Positions 11,100-24,317 of a stretch of DNA of 64,000 nucleotides are shown piece by piece. The notes beneath the pieces were generated by a model. That model made no database searches. It worked only from the letters and a program-made list of their open reading frames with translations, and had not been told where the DNA came from. The translations under genes were made by a program, and so were the position numbers. Each line of letters opens with the position of its first letter. Position 1 is the stretch's first letter. Origin of the DNA: Camelus dromedarius (Eukaryota); the NCBI RefSeq assembly GCF_036321535.1, contig NC_087437.1, forward strand, positions 19,532,001 through 19,596,000, in the 5' to 3' direction.

Positions 11100-12720
11100 T
11101 GCTTTGCACACATGCATGTATCCCTCTTCCCTCCTGAGACACCAATAAAATGAAAAAAGGAATAAAAATGGTATAAATCTGCCAAGACAAACTGATTAGG
11201 AGTAAAGAAGGCAATGGGTCAACAAGGTTGGGAAGATGGGGTGCTGGTGGTGGAGATGCTGAAATGCACATGACTGGGTAGCTGTGAACACAGGGTAAGT
11301 CCCAAGACAGGTTGGTAGAATACAAGTCTGTGGAAGGAGTAGGTAGAACCCCAGACCTTCTCTTCCTTGGCTGGTGATGAGGGATGGCTCTGAAACAGGC
11401 AGGACTTCCAACACAGAGCAGAGGGGCTCTGGGAATGGCGTTGAGACAGAGGAGTCAAGTCAAAGTTTGGAACTGATGAGGGAGAGCCCAGCTTCTTTTA
11501 TCACTCAGCTCCCACCAGAATGGTGACTGTCTAGTTTATCACCCACATGTAGAAGTCAAGAGAAGTATTCTAGGATGGAGAACAAAAAAGTAGAAATAAG
11601 ACCAAAAAGGAAAAAAAAAAAGGAAAAGAAAATTATGGACTCAATCTACAAGGTCTAAATCTAACTAATAGGAGTTCCAGAAAGGGAGAGCAGAAAAGAT
11701 TGGTGGGAGGAAATTATCAAAGACATAATAAAAGTACATTTCTCAAACTGAAGGACTTGAGTTTCAAAGACAAAGGGCCTGTCACATGCCCAGCACAGTG
11801 GGTGAAAAATGACCCATACCAAGGCCATAGTACCAGAGATGGAGCAAAGATCCTAAAAACGTTCAGAGAGAGATGAGGGAGGGAGAGGGAGAGGGAATGA
11901 ATCATATAAAAATAAGTGGGAATCAAAACGGCATCAGACTTCTTAACAGGAACCCAGGATGCTGGCAGATAAAGAGCAATTCTTCAAAATCCTTAGGGGA
12001 AATGTTTTCCAGGCTAGAATTCTCTGCATGGGCAAACTGTCAAGGATGAAACAATGACCTCTCATGCACCCGTATTTTAGAAGGGTAGCCTCTACAAAAA
12101 TGGAGTCCAAGAAAGCAAAAACAGAACAAAACAAACCCCGCAAGATCTAGGAGACAGAGGAGCCAACACAGAGAGAGGTGAAGGGGATTGGCCAGCTGGT
12201 GTCAAAGGATGTCCTGGGTGACGGGAACAGCTTTGCAGACTGTGGTAGGAGGATGGAGGGGCCCAGGAGCGGTGTCACCAGAAAAAGAAAAAGTGGAATG
12301 TGGTATTCAGCTGTAAGGAGAGTTGTTTTACAGCTAGGTCCAAGTTTAGCATGACTTAGTGATTGGTGCCCAGAAAAGGTGAGGCAATCTCAACTTTAGG
12401 AAAAATGTAAAATGTATACAAGAAAATAAATGTAAAGACAACACACTATTTGGTTCCATCATGAACCCTATTTATATGGTTCTAGAAATGGACACTATAG
12501 TAATTCATCCAAAAATTGTGATGTGATTCTACTGGGCGGTTGGAGAGTAGAGGTCGTGGGACGGAGGTGGGGGGCCCCCTCCTCACCTTTTATAATAAAA
12601 GTTGGTGGATCTTACCTAGAACAGAGCTAGGACTGGCCTCATGAGTGTCTTACTTAGCAAGATGAAGATACAGACCAGAAAAAAAAAAAAAAAAAAAAAC
12701 AGGCAGAAGGGTTGGAATGC
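11100..12720 (+). mobile_element. HAL1 (half-L1) / ancient L1 ORF1 fossil
   Basis: Decayed ORF1 landmarks 'ctaataggagttccagaa' (LIGVPE), 'ggaggaaattatcaaaga' (EEIIK), 'ggcatcagacttct' (ASDF), 'agaattctc...gcaaactgtca' (RIL..KLS), then HAL1-like 3' region 'ggagccaacacagagagaggtgaagggg...ggaggatggagggg'. Confidence 0.75.
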
Positions 12721-12761
12721 CTTTCCTCTGAGGAGCAGGACTGGGGTATAAATGCTGATGA

Positions 12762-12848
12762 GGGGACAGATCCAGATGTTGTGGTGCCTGAAACTTACAC
12801 AATTTGGGGAACCTCTAAGAAAAAGAATTACGAATACAAATGTAGGCA
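12762..12848 (+). mobile_element. hAT-Tip100-type DNA transposon fragment (ORSL-like)
   Basis: 'gggacagatccagatgttgtggtgcctgaaacttacacaatttggggaacctctaagaaaaagaattacgaatacaaa' resembles a recalled terminus. Confidence 0.5.
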
Positions 12849-13499
12849 TGCTGTTTGTCATCGTAAACTGTATGGCATTAGTCATTGCTTAACACCATGC
12901 ATTGTATTATTCTACATGCATAAAAAAAGAAAAAGAATGAACTCATTGCTAAAATCCAACTAATGACGTCTCTTGAATCAAATCATTCCTGCTCGGCTTT
13001 ACCTGGTGCTGTGCATATTGACACTTACCCTTTTGCATTGCTTGGTGCATGAAGTACTTCCTCTTCCATTTAAAAAGTTTTAAAGTGAATTTTCTCATAA
13101 AGCTTTGTGCTTGTTTGGCCAAGAGCCCTAGCGTGAATATGTTTAAAAAAAAAATCTGTCCACCTTCTCTCACCTGCCCCCGTGCCCAAGTTTCTGTCCT
13201 GCAAGCCTCCTTGACAGAAGGACATCTCCCTTGGCCCAGGAAACCATCGCACTGGTTGGGCCAGTTCCCCTGAGGAGCAGAAGCACTTGTTTCAGGGGAA
13301 AGCTCAGTCTCTCTCAGTTGGCAGAGCTCCGCTCAGAGCTCAGGGTAGGGACAGGAAGGCGGCAACAGGTGGACTGCTCATTTTGGTGGGACAGAGTGTC
13401 TCCAGAGCACTCTTACCGGCCCCCTGCCAGCTCCCCCAAAGTCATCTAAAAAGAAGGCCATCATTCTGTCAAAATGGTGCAGTATTTGGTTGTATTTGA

Positions 13500-13655
13500 T
13501 TATTCAAAAAGTTCCAGCCACATTCAATAGCCATGCATTGAACATCAACTATGTACAGGGGACTGTGCAAGGCTGTGTGCGAGTGGGACCTCGGAATGAG
13601 TATGTGAGTGTTTGAGGGATTCCGGCTACTAAATAGGTAATACCTGGCCCTGCTC
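13500..13655 (-). mobile_element. L2 3' end (continues at 14158-14195, split by L1)
   Basis: 'cattcaatagccatgcattgaacatcaactatgtacaggg...cctggccctgctc'. Confidence 0.65.
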
Positions 13656-14157
13656 ATTTTTTAAAAAAAATTATTTTATTGAGTTATAGTCAGTTTACAA
13701 TGTTGTGTCAAATTGCAGTGTAGAGCACAATTTTTCAGTTATACATGAACATACATATATTCATTGTCACATTTTTTTTTCACTGTGAGCTACCACAAGA
13801 TCTTGTGTATATTTCCCTGTGCTATACTGTATAATCTTGTTTATCTATTCTACATATGCCTGTCAGTATCTACAAATTTTGAACTCCCAGTCTATCCCTT
13901 CCCACCCCTCTCCCCCTTGGCAACCACAAGTTTGCCTTCTATGTCTATGAGCCTGTTTCTGTTTTGTATTTATGTTCTTTTTTTAGATTCCACATATGAG
14001 CGATGTCATATGGTATTTTTCTTTCTCTTTCTGGCTTATTTCACTTAGAATGGCATTCTCCAGTGACATCCATGTTGCTGCAAATGGCATTGTGTTGTCG
14101 TTTTTTTTATGGCTGATTAATATTCCATGGTATGAATATACCACGTCTTCTTTATCC
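13656..14157 (-). mobile_element. Young 5'-truncated L1 (camelid-type 3'UTR and ORF2 end)
   Basis: Perfect 17-bp TSD AATACCTGGCCCTGCTC at 13639-13655 and 14158-14174; T-rich tail on the left; L1 motifs 'ttagattccacatatgag', 'catccatgttgctgcaaatggc'. Confidence 0.93.
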
Positions 14158-15382
14158 AATACCTGGCCCTGCTCTTAAAGAGTCCATGACCTGGGGCTCA
14201 GGCTTGCCCTGCTCGCTCAGCCTGGAAGCTGCCCTCCACCTTCCAGGGCTAATAGGATCCTTTCTGTGTGCCACACTCTGTTCTCAGAACAGGGGATTCA
14301 GACACAGGTAGAAAAGATGCAGTATCTGACCTCTGGGAGTTCTCTATCTTATCCCTGCTAAATGGCTCCTGCTTTCGAGAAAGCAATAGTCCATCTGTGA
14401 ACATAAAAGACATCTGTTTAAATCTGGAGTTGGATGCAATACAATTCAGAGAAGGCAAAGAAAGTGCCTGTAATTGGGGAATTTCTTATAGATAGGGGTT
14501 TTGTCCTTTTTCTTTGACCAAGATCTATTACATTTACAAACAAATGAAGAAGAAAAATATCGAGTACAGATGTTCACTTATTTTGAGCATTATTGATCAA
14601 ATAAACTTGAACTTGAAGTCATAGTGGTTTCCCCTCCTCCTGGGGTATGTATTGGCTGTGTCCTGAGCCAAGGATGCCTGAATGACATCTATTAAATCAT
14701 TAACAGCCAGCCCAGGATTCCTCTTCCAGGGAGCCTCTCAGGAAATCCGGGTTGATCCAAGCCCTTCCACTCTGCCCCAAACCTCACTCAATAGAAGTGT
14801 GAATCTCATGGCATAGAAACTACCTGCTTCCCTACCAGACTGTGATTAACTAAAGTCAGGGAATGCTTTGCTGAAGACTGTGGTGCCCAGTCCAGAACCT
14901 GGCACTTGGTAGCTGCTCAGAGGATGCTTCTCATGGTGATCAGGACATAGTCTGGGATCTGCTCTTGCGTGTATCACTGACCTCCTTAAGGTAGCTGGGT
15001 GACTATGCAGGTGGATGCTGCATCTTCTCTATCTCAGGCCAGTTCCCACTCTGCTTGCATGGCTTTAAGAAAGATGACCAGCATTGATGCCCCTCTCATG
15101 TCTGGTAAGAAATGAGAGTTCAAAAACTCTGGTTTGCAGGATAGAAGCTTAAATGTGTCTTCCTAACAGTTCATGTCTGTCCCTCTAGCTATCTGATGAT
15201 CTGTTTTTTTCCTTCCATCTTAATTTTGAAATAATGTAAAAAATAATGATACAATTTAGGGCATGGGAGTCAAAAACATTTTAAGATGAGTATTTCTAGA
15301 TCTGACTAGATTAAAATATTTACTAATCCTAACATAATTGAAAGTCAATCCATTTAATAGAGAAAGGGTTAAAATCCAAGCA

Positions 15383-16227
15383 GGCAAATGACCTAACTTA
15401 AAAACGGGTAAAGAATCCAAATAGACAGTTTCCCAAAGAAGATATACAAGTGTCCAAGAAGCACGTGAAAAGGTGTTCAATATAATTAGCCATTAGGAAA
15501 AAAGCAAATCAAAACCACAATGACATGCCACTTCACACCCTCTAGAATGGCTATAATCAGAAAGACAGGTAATAAATGTTAGCAAGGATGCGGAGAAATT
15601 GAAACCCTCATATACTGATGGTCAGAATACAAGATAGTACAGCCCCTTTGGAAACCATCTGGCAATTATTCACAATGTTAAACATAGAGTTACCATATGA
15701 CCTAGCTATTCTACTTCTAGATATTTCTCCAAGACAAATGGAAATAGGTCCATACAAAACCTTTCACTCCATGCTCACAGCAGCATTATTTATAATAGCA
15801 AAAAGTGGAAACAACCCATACGTGCATCAGCTGATAAGTGGATAAACAAAATGTGGTATATCCACACAATGAATATTATTTGGCCATAAAAAGGAATGAA
15901 GTATGGATAGGTGCTACAGCATGAAACATGATGCTAAATGAAAGAAGACAGTCACGAAAGACCACACATTGTGTGATTTCATTTATAGTAAATAACCAAG
16001 GTAGGCAAATTTATAGAGACAAAATAGACTGGTGGTTGCCTAGGAGAGTAGCAAGTAACTGGTAGTGGGTACCAGGTTTTTCTCTGGAGTGATGAAGATG
16101 TTGGAAAATTGATTGTGATGATGTTTGCACAAGTTTGTGAATAGGCCAAAAATCATTGAATTTCATACTTAAGTGGGTGAATTGTATGGTATGTGAATTA
16201 TATGTCAGTAAAACTGTCAAAAAAATC
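15383..16227 (+). mobile_element. Old L1 (L1MB/L1ME-like) ORF2 end and 3'UTR
   Basis: 'aaatcaaaaccacaatg', 'acagcagcattatttataatagc', 'ggataaacaaaatgtggtatatccac', 3' end 'gtgaattgtatggtatgtgaattata'. Confidence 0.88.
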
Positions 16228-16364
16228 TGAAAGGGGCAACTATCTGCAGCCTGCCCTGACTCTACAGCCTCCTTCCCACTAAATTCACCCAGGGCTTCTC
16301 CCCAGCAAGGGCTCATCCACGCTCCTGGGGCTCGTGTTAGGTATTAGGCCAGTCTCTTGCACCT

Positions 16365-16480
16365 GGATTGTGAGTTCCATAAGGGTAAATTTTGTACCTT
16401 CTGCCTTGGTTATCCAGTTGGAGTAAACACAGTGCCCAGCACCAGGGAGTTTGATTGTTGGTTGATTGGTACATACTGAT
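16365..16480 (+). mobile_element. L2 3' terminus
   Basis: 'gattgtgagttccataaggg...acagtgcccagcac...tgttggttgattg'. Confidence 0.6.
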
Positions 16481-16501
16481 AAATTGATAAATGTCTTTTG
16501 A

Positions 16502-17268
16502 TATCATGTGATTTTTGTCTTTCTATGTCTGACTTACTTCACTTAGTACAATAATCTCTAGATCCATCCATGTTGCTGCAAATGGTATTATTTCATTCTT
16601 TTTTATGGTTGAGTAGTATTCCATTGTGTATGTATATATGCCACATCTTCTTTATCCATTCATCTGTTGATGGGTATTTAGGTTGATCCCATGTCTTGGC
16701 TATTGTAAATAGTGCTGCTATGAACATAGGGGTGCATATATCTTTTCAAATTAGAGTTTTCTCTGGATCTGTACCCAGGAGTGGGATTGCTGGATCACAG
16801 GGTAAGTCTATTTTCAGTTTTTTAACGAATCGCCATACTGTTTTCCATAGAGGCTGCACCAAATTACATTCCCGCCAACAGCGTAGGAGGGTTCCCTTTT
16901 CTTCACATCCTCTCCAGTATTTAAAGTTTGTGGACTTTCAAATGGTGGAATCTAAAAAATATGACACAGATGGACTTATTTGCAAAACAGAAAACAGACT
17001 CGCAGACATAGAAAACAAACTTATGGTTACCAAAGGGGTAAGGGGGGAGGGATAAATTAGGAGTTTGAGATTAGCAAATACAGACTACTATATATAAAAC
17101 AGATGACCAATAAGATCTTTCTGTACAGCACAGGGAACTACATTCAATAGCTTGTAATAACCTATAATGAAAAAGAATATGAAAAAGAATATATATGTAA
17201 TGTATAAGTGAATCACTATGCTGTACACTAGAAACTAACACATTGTAAATCAACTATACTTCAGTAAA
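16502..17268 (+). mobile_element. 5'-inverted (twin-primed) L1; 16502-16944 antisense, 16945-17268 sense
   Basis: Antisense ORF2-end segment joined to sense 3'UTR; 13-bp TSD AAA(T/A)GTCTTTTGA at 16489-16501 and 17269-17281. Confidence 0.9.
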
Positions 17269-17989
17269 AAAAGTCTTTTGAAATGCAAAGACGGAATAGA
17301 GAAGCAATCCTCTCTACACCCTCCACTATCCACAGGTGGTATGTGTGTGTGCCTGCAGGAGAGAGCGAGGATGGGGGAAGGGGAAGGGAGGGAGCACAAG
17401 AGCGCGGGTGTTGGGGTGTTTGGAAGGGAGTTGTTCATACCTCTCCAGTCCTTGTGAAGATGATAGGCAAGTGAGTGGGGAGGGGGAAGGGGAAGGGCAC
17501 TGTGAGGAATGGAGGGACCTGCATTTTCATTCTGCTCAGCTGATACCTGGCCTGTGGTTTGGGTTCTGGGTCTCAGCTGCCCATCTGTGAAAGAAGGGGC
17601 TGGAGGTCAGGTCTCAAAGATGCCTTGTAGCCTGGACACCATGAGATTGAGTCTAGGGGAAAGATACTGATTGGGGTCTGGAATATGAGCTCTGTCACAA
17701 GCTTTCAAAGGTTTACATCTTGTTTCCTCTCTGGGCTAGCGTTTTCCTATGTGTACTAATTTCAGCTGGGTTCCGGGGACTCCCTGTTTTCTTCTATCAG
17801 CACGTTTCCACCTGGGAGCCCACCTAGATCGCGGCCTTGGGCCCTAGCTCTGCAGGTGGTCACACTTGCTCGAGTCAAGGATGTTCATGGGTGGCTTTTT
17901 TCCCTTCTAGTCCCAACTTGACTTTTCACTTGCCCTCTGGCCAAAAGAAGAAAAGATGAAAAAACAGAGCAATGTGATTAGAGCAGATA

Positions 17990-18105
17990 GGGGAGGAGGA
18001 AGAGGGGGAAGGGGGATTGGGAGGGAGATGGGGAAGAGAAGGTGGAGAAGAGGGGGAGGAAGAGGAAGAGGAGGGAAAAAAGAGGAAGGGGAGGAGGAAG
18101 AAAAG
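17990..18105. repeat. GA-rich polypurine low-complexity tract
   Basis: Near-pure G/A run (ggaggaagagggggaaggggg...). Confidence 0.8.
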
Positions 18106-19451
18106 CCCCAGTGGTGAAAGCAGGAAACGTAGAGCACAGGGTCTGGAATTGGCAGCAACATGTGATGAGGGATTCGAGGAGAGGCAGCGGCAAGAGCAGG
18201 CATAAAGGTGTGGCCCTCAGCCAGCTATCCTTGAGCCACTTTGGGTGGATGTCGTGGCAGTTGGCAGTGACTACTCTGGGACCCTGGCTGGCAGCAGGTC
18301 CCTGTCATTCTCCCCAGAATGAAGCACCTGCTCACCTGCCTCTGTGTTTGCTGACTTATCCGGCCGCTACAGGGGCTTTTCGTCCGCTGACATCATACTG
18401 CTAGTAGTCACTCTTTTATATTTTCAGCATCAAGCACTGCAATTCCTTACCATATCCTTACGAGGCAACTATTATGACCCCCGCTTTACAGATGGGGGAG
18501 CTGAGGGCACAGGGACTAGGACAGCCCCCAGGAGCACGTGACTCTGCAGACCCCACTCCTCCCGCCCCGCAAGGCTGCGCTGCGGTGACAAGGGCTGGGC
18601 TCTTCCCTCTTTCCTCCCACCACATCCACCACTTTGCCGACATTTTAGGTTTGACCTGGACTTGATACTGAAGAGACAAGGCTCCAAAAAGACTCGCTCT
18701 GGGGTGTGTCCCCCAAGGGTGTCCTTCACAGATCCCAGCAGAGGGGTGGGCCCTGGGCAGGGGGGTAACCTGCCTCACCCTCCTGGGAATGAGTGTCAGC
18801 TGTGGGAGGGATGCAACTAGGGCTGTAGTGTCAAACTCAATATTCCCAAATGGTCCTCTTAAGTCAGTGTCCCTGCTGCCACCAGATACATCCCCCAGGA
18901 GAGGACAGCAGTCACTGGCCGTTTGGCCAGGGCCGGGTCAGATTTCACACATGCTGACTCTCCATGACTACATTCTCTGGTATCCAGAATGGAGTCTGTC
19001 AAAATGCTTGTTAAGACTATTTTTAAAAAGTCCCATTTAGCATCGAAGTGATGCCAGAAATGCAGCCTATAAAGAAAGATGACAAATGATCACTTCCTTT
19101 TCCAATTCTGTCCCAGGCCTGAAGCTGGAAGACTTATGCGGAATCTATTCTTGGGCATTCAAGACAGAAGTTTCTTTTATTATTATTATTATTATTAAAA
19201 AATGCCAATCGAAATGTCATGTTATTAACAGTCTTTGGGAGTCCACGGATATCATGTGAGCCAAGGAGGTAGATTATGATCAACAGCAGATTTGTCATTA
19301 CGGAGATAAAGGCAGAGTGCTCCAGTAACATAAGTGAATTTATGGAGATGAAAGTCAATCTCTTGCTGAATGCCACCTTCCAACAGTGTTTATGGGGCAG
19401 CTCTGGCCTTCGAGAGGGAAGACCCATAGGCAGTGTAGTAGGAGGGCCCCA

Positions 19452-19720
19452 AACAATAGCAGAAAACTTTCTTAGCACTAACACTGTGTCAGACAATGTT
19501 TTAAGTAGTGCTTTACATATTTATAGCATTTAAACCTTATAAGCACACTGGTAGGTCTGTACTATTATTATCTTCATTTTACAGATAAGGAAACTACATC
19601 TCAGAGAGGTTAAGTAACTAGCCCAAGGTCACACAGCTAGTAGGTGACAGAGCTGGGATTCAAAACTCAGGCAGCCAGGCTTCAAAGTGCAGACTCCTAA
19701 CTGCTGCACTGACTGCCTCT
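19452..19720 (-). mobile_element. Near full-length MIR
   Basis: 'attttacagataaggaaact...cagagaggttaagtaactagcccaaggtcacacagctagtaggtgacagagctgggattcaaa'. Confidence 0.92.
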
Positions 19721-21179
19721 CTGATACTCAGATGATACTTAGAGAGGTCATGCTAGCAAGGTCAGGGAGGCTTCCTGGAGGTGGTGGATGGAGCCAGCAT
19801 TGGCACTTGAAAGGGGGCCGCCGGGGCCTCCTGTGATCGTTCTCCCACTGGGGCCCCCCACTGTGCCCTGCGCTCTCTCTTACTGTTTTGCTGATGATGC
19901 TTAGTTCCCCGTCTCCGTGGCTTGTCTCTCCCCCTCGTCTCCCCCCATCACTAGCTCTGGGAGAGCAGAAACTCTGCCCTTGTCTTCTGTGGCCTGCCCA
20001 GGGTAGAGCTCTGTGAACTTGGGCTGAACGGAGGTGTTGATGAGAGGAGGGAAGGAGTGGAGAGGGCATCTCAGGGTGGACAGAATTGTGGCCGCGGGGA
20101 TGGAGGGGAGGTCTGCAGAGAGTCTGTGAATCCATGGGGAGTCCAGGTCAGAAAGGCAAGGTTGTGGAGGGCCTTGAAGACAAGAAAGGAGTGAAATTCA
20201 ACCAAAGTAGAGTTACATTTGGACAAGTAGGCTTCAGGCAGGAAGAACTTTGGAAATTTAAAGTGAACTTGAAGACATGGGGAACACTGGAGGAGCCCAA
20301 GCCGTGGGCCATCAAATGCAGACAAGAGCCCTGGGAAAATTTCTGATATCTGTGAAAGGGAGGTTTAAAGGAGGCACAGGCAGGAGAAATCAGTAAAATC
20401 AGAACAAAGTCTAAATCAAGTATAAGCAAAAACTGATGGGAACTTGCCCTGTTGTGAAATGGGTGTTCACTCCAGTGGGTGCAGGGGAGCCCTGACCACA
20501 GTGGCCTCCACCCAGCCTTCCCTCCCTCCCCCAGCAAGGCTTTGGAGAGAAGGCCAAGGAGCTCTGTTCAAAGCGGCCAGTTGACTTTATCTTGTTGGAC
20601 CCTATCAGACCCACACTGTGTTTCTCATCACAGCCATCTTTCCCATCACATTGGCGGAGCCAACAACCCTTCATCTTTTCCCCAGGGCAGCAGTCTCAGA
20701 CATATTTTCCTCTCGTACAAGAAACCCAACTCTTTTATCCCACTCCATCAAGCTGGAGTGAGGAAAAAAAGAATTGCTCACCCTCAGCAAAACTGATGCA
20801 AATGCCAACTCTGATTTGAAAACAGCCCGGTCATTGGGAAGCTGAGTTTCTCTCTTCTAAGCTCCTCTTGAGCTCCCAGGGAAGTAGAATAATCATTTAT
20901 AAGAATAGTAAAATCATTTGCATGGTCTGACAGGGTCTACGTCCCAGCAGGCTCAACTATGAAGCAGGTGCTAACTCCCAGGGCTCTGTTTTGCTAACAG
21001 ACCCCTTCCTTTAAGCACTGGGGTCTTTGAGCAGTGGAAGCCCAGCACAAACCCTTAGCTAGTAACTAGAGCAGTGCTAAGGGCTCCTTGTAGGCTTTAC
21101 AGACTCTTTCTTCCTCTTTGATCTTTACTAGGGTGTTCTCACCTAATCCGGAAGGTCCAAGCTCTTCCCCAGCACTGGT

Positions 21180-21395
21180 AATAGTAACTATTATTTACAA
21201 AGCATTTGCCACATGCTAGAAGCTTGCACGTCATCGTAGTTAACACTCACCACAACTCTGTGGGGACGCTATTTTTATCTGTATTTGTGGATGAAGACAA
21301 TAAGACACAGAGAGCTTAAGGAACAGAGTGTGGGAAGATTCAGGACATGAAACCAGGAAGGTTTCTGACTCCAGAGACATGCCCTTCTCATTCTC
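21180..21395 (-). mobile_element. MIR fragment
   Basis: 'ctcaccacaactctgtgg...gatgaagacaataagacacagagagcttaag'. Confidence 0.65.
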
Positions 21396-21649
21396 CTGTC
21401 CAGCTCTCAGCAGCATTGCCTGGATCCTGTCTGGTACAAAAGAGGTAGCAGTGGAGGCCACTGTGGTTTCTAGGGAAAAGGTGGTTGTGACAAGGTCCAG
21501 GGTGGAATGAATATCCCGCTGGTAGAATGCAATGATCTGTGCAATGGCTAATTAAAAGACTCTGTGCGTGTCCTCATCGTCCCGTCACTTTAAAGTCCTA
21601 GACGTTAGTGCTGAGCACGGACTTGATTTAGGAACAATTGTGGCTACTG

Positions 21650-21815
21650 TTCACAGAGCCTCGGCTACTTATGCTCCTTTGACATAGGTACTGTGAGCAT
21701 TTCTATTTTACAGCTGAAGAGAGTGACGAAGAGTCCAGTGAAGAAACTAGCTCAAGCTCAAATCTATTAAGTAGCAGAACCAGGATTAAAAGCCAGGCAA
21801 TTTACTCCAGAGCCA
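21650..21815 (-). mobile_element. MIR fragment
   Basis: 'attttacagctgaag...tagctcaag...aagtagcagaaccaggattaaaagccaggc...actccagagcc'. Confidence 0.65.
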
Positions 21816-22019
21816 TTGCCGGGGAAATGCTTCTTTTGCGCCTGTGCTTTCTCTCCCATGTTCTTTCCTCCTCTGATCGGCACTCTACTCCCAAGGTGGA
21901 GGTCCCCATACCCTTCCGTTCATACCTCACCATTGCCACCCATCCATGCAGGACCCCTCTCTGGATCTGTTTGTTTGTTTACCACCTAGCTGTTTATTTC
22001 CCCCACCTCTGATCTCCAC

Positions 22020-23170
22020 ATCTGTCTCGCCCTAACTCCCCATAAGCTCTTACGCTAATGAGTTTTATGTAAAAATCTTAAATATGCATATCTGCTTATA
22101 AAATATCTGGAGTTGTTTTATGCATGCTTGGCTTTAATTGATTTAAAAGAGTATTGTGCCATAAATCCCATTCTGTTTCTGACTTTTCCCATTCAAATCT
22201 ATGCTTTTAAGATCTCTCCATGTTGATTTATATGCATCTAGTCCACAGCTCTTCACTGCTGCCTGGGATTTTATTCTCCAGCAAATTTCACTTAATTATC
22301 CCTCCAGTGATGGACCCCCAAGTTTAAATTTCTGCCATTAGAAATAATAACACTGTCGACAAATACCCTCATATTGATTCTCTTATTAGATCTGTAGCAA
22401 ATCTCTGGGTTGTAAAAACAGGAATGGAATTGCCAGTTCATAGGCCATAAATACCCATAATTTTACTAAATTCTGTTAGATTGCTTTCCAAAGCAGCTGT
22501 ACCAACTGGAAACTCCCAGCAAGAAGTGCCCAAATATTCCTATCTCCTCACTTCCTCACCTCAACTCGATTTACCCACTTTTCTAATTTCTGCTACTCTG
22601 ATGGCTGTAAAGCACTCTTCTTCATGATTTAATTTGCATATGTTTGATTACTAGGGAGTAAAAACATCAGCTCATTGTTCATTTTTCTGTGAATTCACAG
22701 ATTTATATCCTTGATTCATATCCTTGCCCCTTAAAAAAAATTGGTTTTTTTCTTGATGACTTGGAGTCCCTGGTAAAGTCTAGAGTAGATATTAATCCAT
22801 TAATGGTATTAGATATTGTAATATCTTCTCCCTGTCTGTCACTGATATGTTGATTTTATCTGTGGTGCTCTTTGTTAAACCCCATGACTACCAAGTTGAG
22901 ATACCTACTGATTTTTGTTATTTTAGCCTTATGGTTTGTGCTTTGGGGTATTTGATTATAGATATCCATCTATATTTTCTTCTATGAAGTTTATAGTTTT
23001 ACTTTCCATGCTTAGGTGTTTGTTCTATTCGGAATCTTTTGGCATGAAGTGACAATGTGGCTTTCTTTTCCTCTTCATGGCAAGCCAGTTTCCTAGCATC
23101 ACTGACTAGACAAATCTTTCCTTCTCCCATTATCTGTGGTGTCACTTAGGTCATCTAGAAAGTTGCCATA
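22020..23170 (-). mobile_element. Old L1 (L1ME-like) fragment
   Basis: 'ggaatggaattgcc', 'agattgctttccaaagcagctgtaccaa', 'tttaatttgcat...gattact', 'gccagtttcctagcatcact'. Confidence 0.75.
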
Positions 23171-23429
23171 TAGGAGCTGCCCCTTGGCAGAGGGTGAGCC
23201 TCCTGATGCTGAGTGGCATTTTTGTGTGAAGTCCAGGGGGTTCAGGTGAGATCTGGACACTGATGGGTGCCATACTTAGAAAGGGTTGTTCTCAGATGGG
23301 ATTTCTGACCTCCAGAACTGTAGTTAATACACAACAGAATACTAATAAAGACCCCAGGATGGCCTCAGTCTCTGGCTCAAACCTGTCTTCAGAGCAGCAG
23401 TCTCTACTGCATGTATGAGTGTGTGTAAA

Positions 23430-23648
23430 GCCAGACTTAGATCACAATGGTTTGAGTTTGAAGCCTAGTTGCATCTCCTATAAGCTGGATGAACTTGGTA
23501 AATAATTTAATTTCTCAGAATCTTAGTTTTATCACCAGTCAATAGCAGGGGGTGCTAAAAATACCTATTTCATAGGGCCATCAAGAAGATGAAATGAAGT
23601 ACCTTGCACATTTTTGGGCACATGGCAAGTCCTTAGTAAATGACAGCC
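23430..23648 (+). mobile_element. MIR fragment
   Basis: 'agctggatgaacttggtaaataatttaatttctcagaatcttagttt...tacctatttcataggg'. Confidence 0.7.
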
Positions 23649-23659
23649 CCCGCTGGGGA

Positions 23660-23900
23660 ACCAAAAGAAAAGGCTTCATAGAAAAGGTAATGCTTGAAAA
23701 ATGGATAGATGTTTACCAGACACCTACACTGGGTGGGTGGAGGGGAGGCTCCGGCTGGGAGAGAGCATTAGCACAAAGGCCTCGAGGCGTGAAATAGCCT
23801 GACATTTCAGAAAGCTGTGAGTGGTTTGGTTTGGCTGGAGCATAATGTAGGGGAGAGGAGGGACATGCTGGTCTGTGGCATAATATAGACAGTGAATTAT
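23660..23900 (-). mobile_element. L2 fragment
   Basis: 'aaaggcttcatagaaaaggtaatgcttga...gcacaaaggcctcgaggcgtgaaatagc...ttggctggagcata'. Confidence 0.65.
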
Positions 23901-24317
23901 AGCTAGTCTTAAGTGGTTCTCTAAATGCTTCCCATGTCTGCCTGGTCATCTGGAGAAGATGGCTGTTTCCCTGGGGTTGGAGGCTTCTGTCTGGTGCTCT
24001 GCTTGGCAGCAGGACCAAGCTGGACATCCTTGACACAGGCTACCTCTTCATATTCTAGGTTCAGCCATCAGCACAGTGAGTCATGGCTGGGTTGGCAGGG
24101 AGGCTTCAGAAATCATGGTCTGGGATAATCACCTGAATCCCCTGGCCCTGAGGGCCTCCAGCCCACCACCAGCCAGAGCCCTCTGCCGTCTCTCCGCAGG
24201 CTGAAGGCAAGTTACAGATTGGGGCACCCCCTGATCCTACTACTCCTGCAGCCACTGCCTTCTGGTCCCAAAGCCAATGTCTATTGTTTTCACTTTCTTT
24301 TACAACAGCATCCCACT

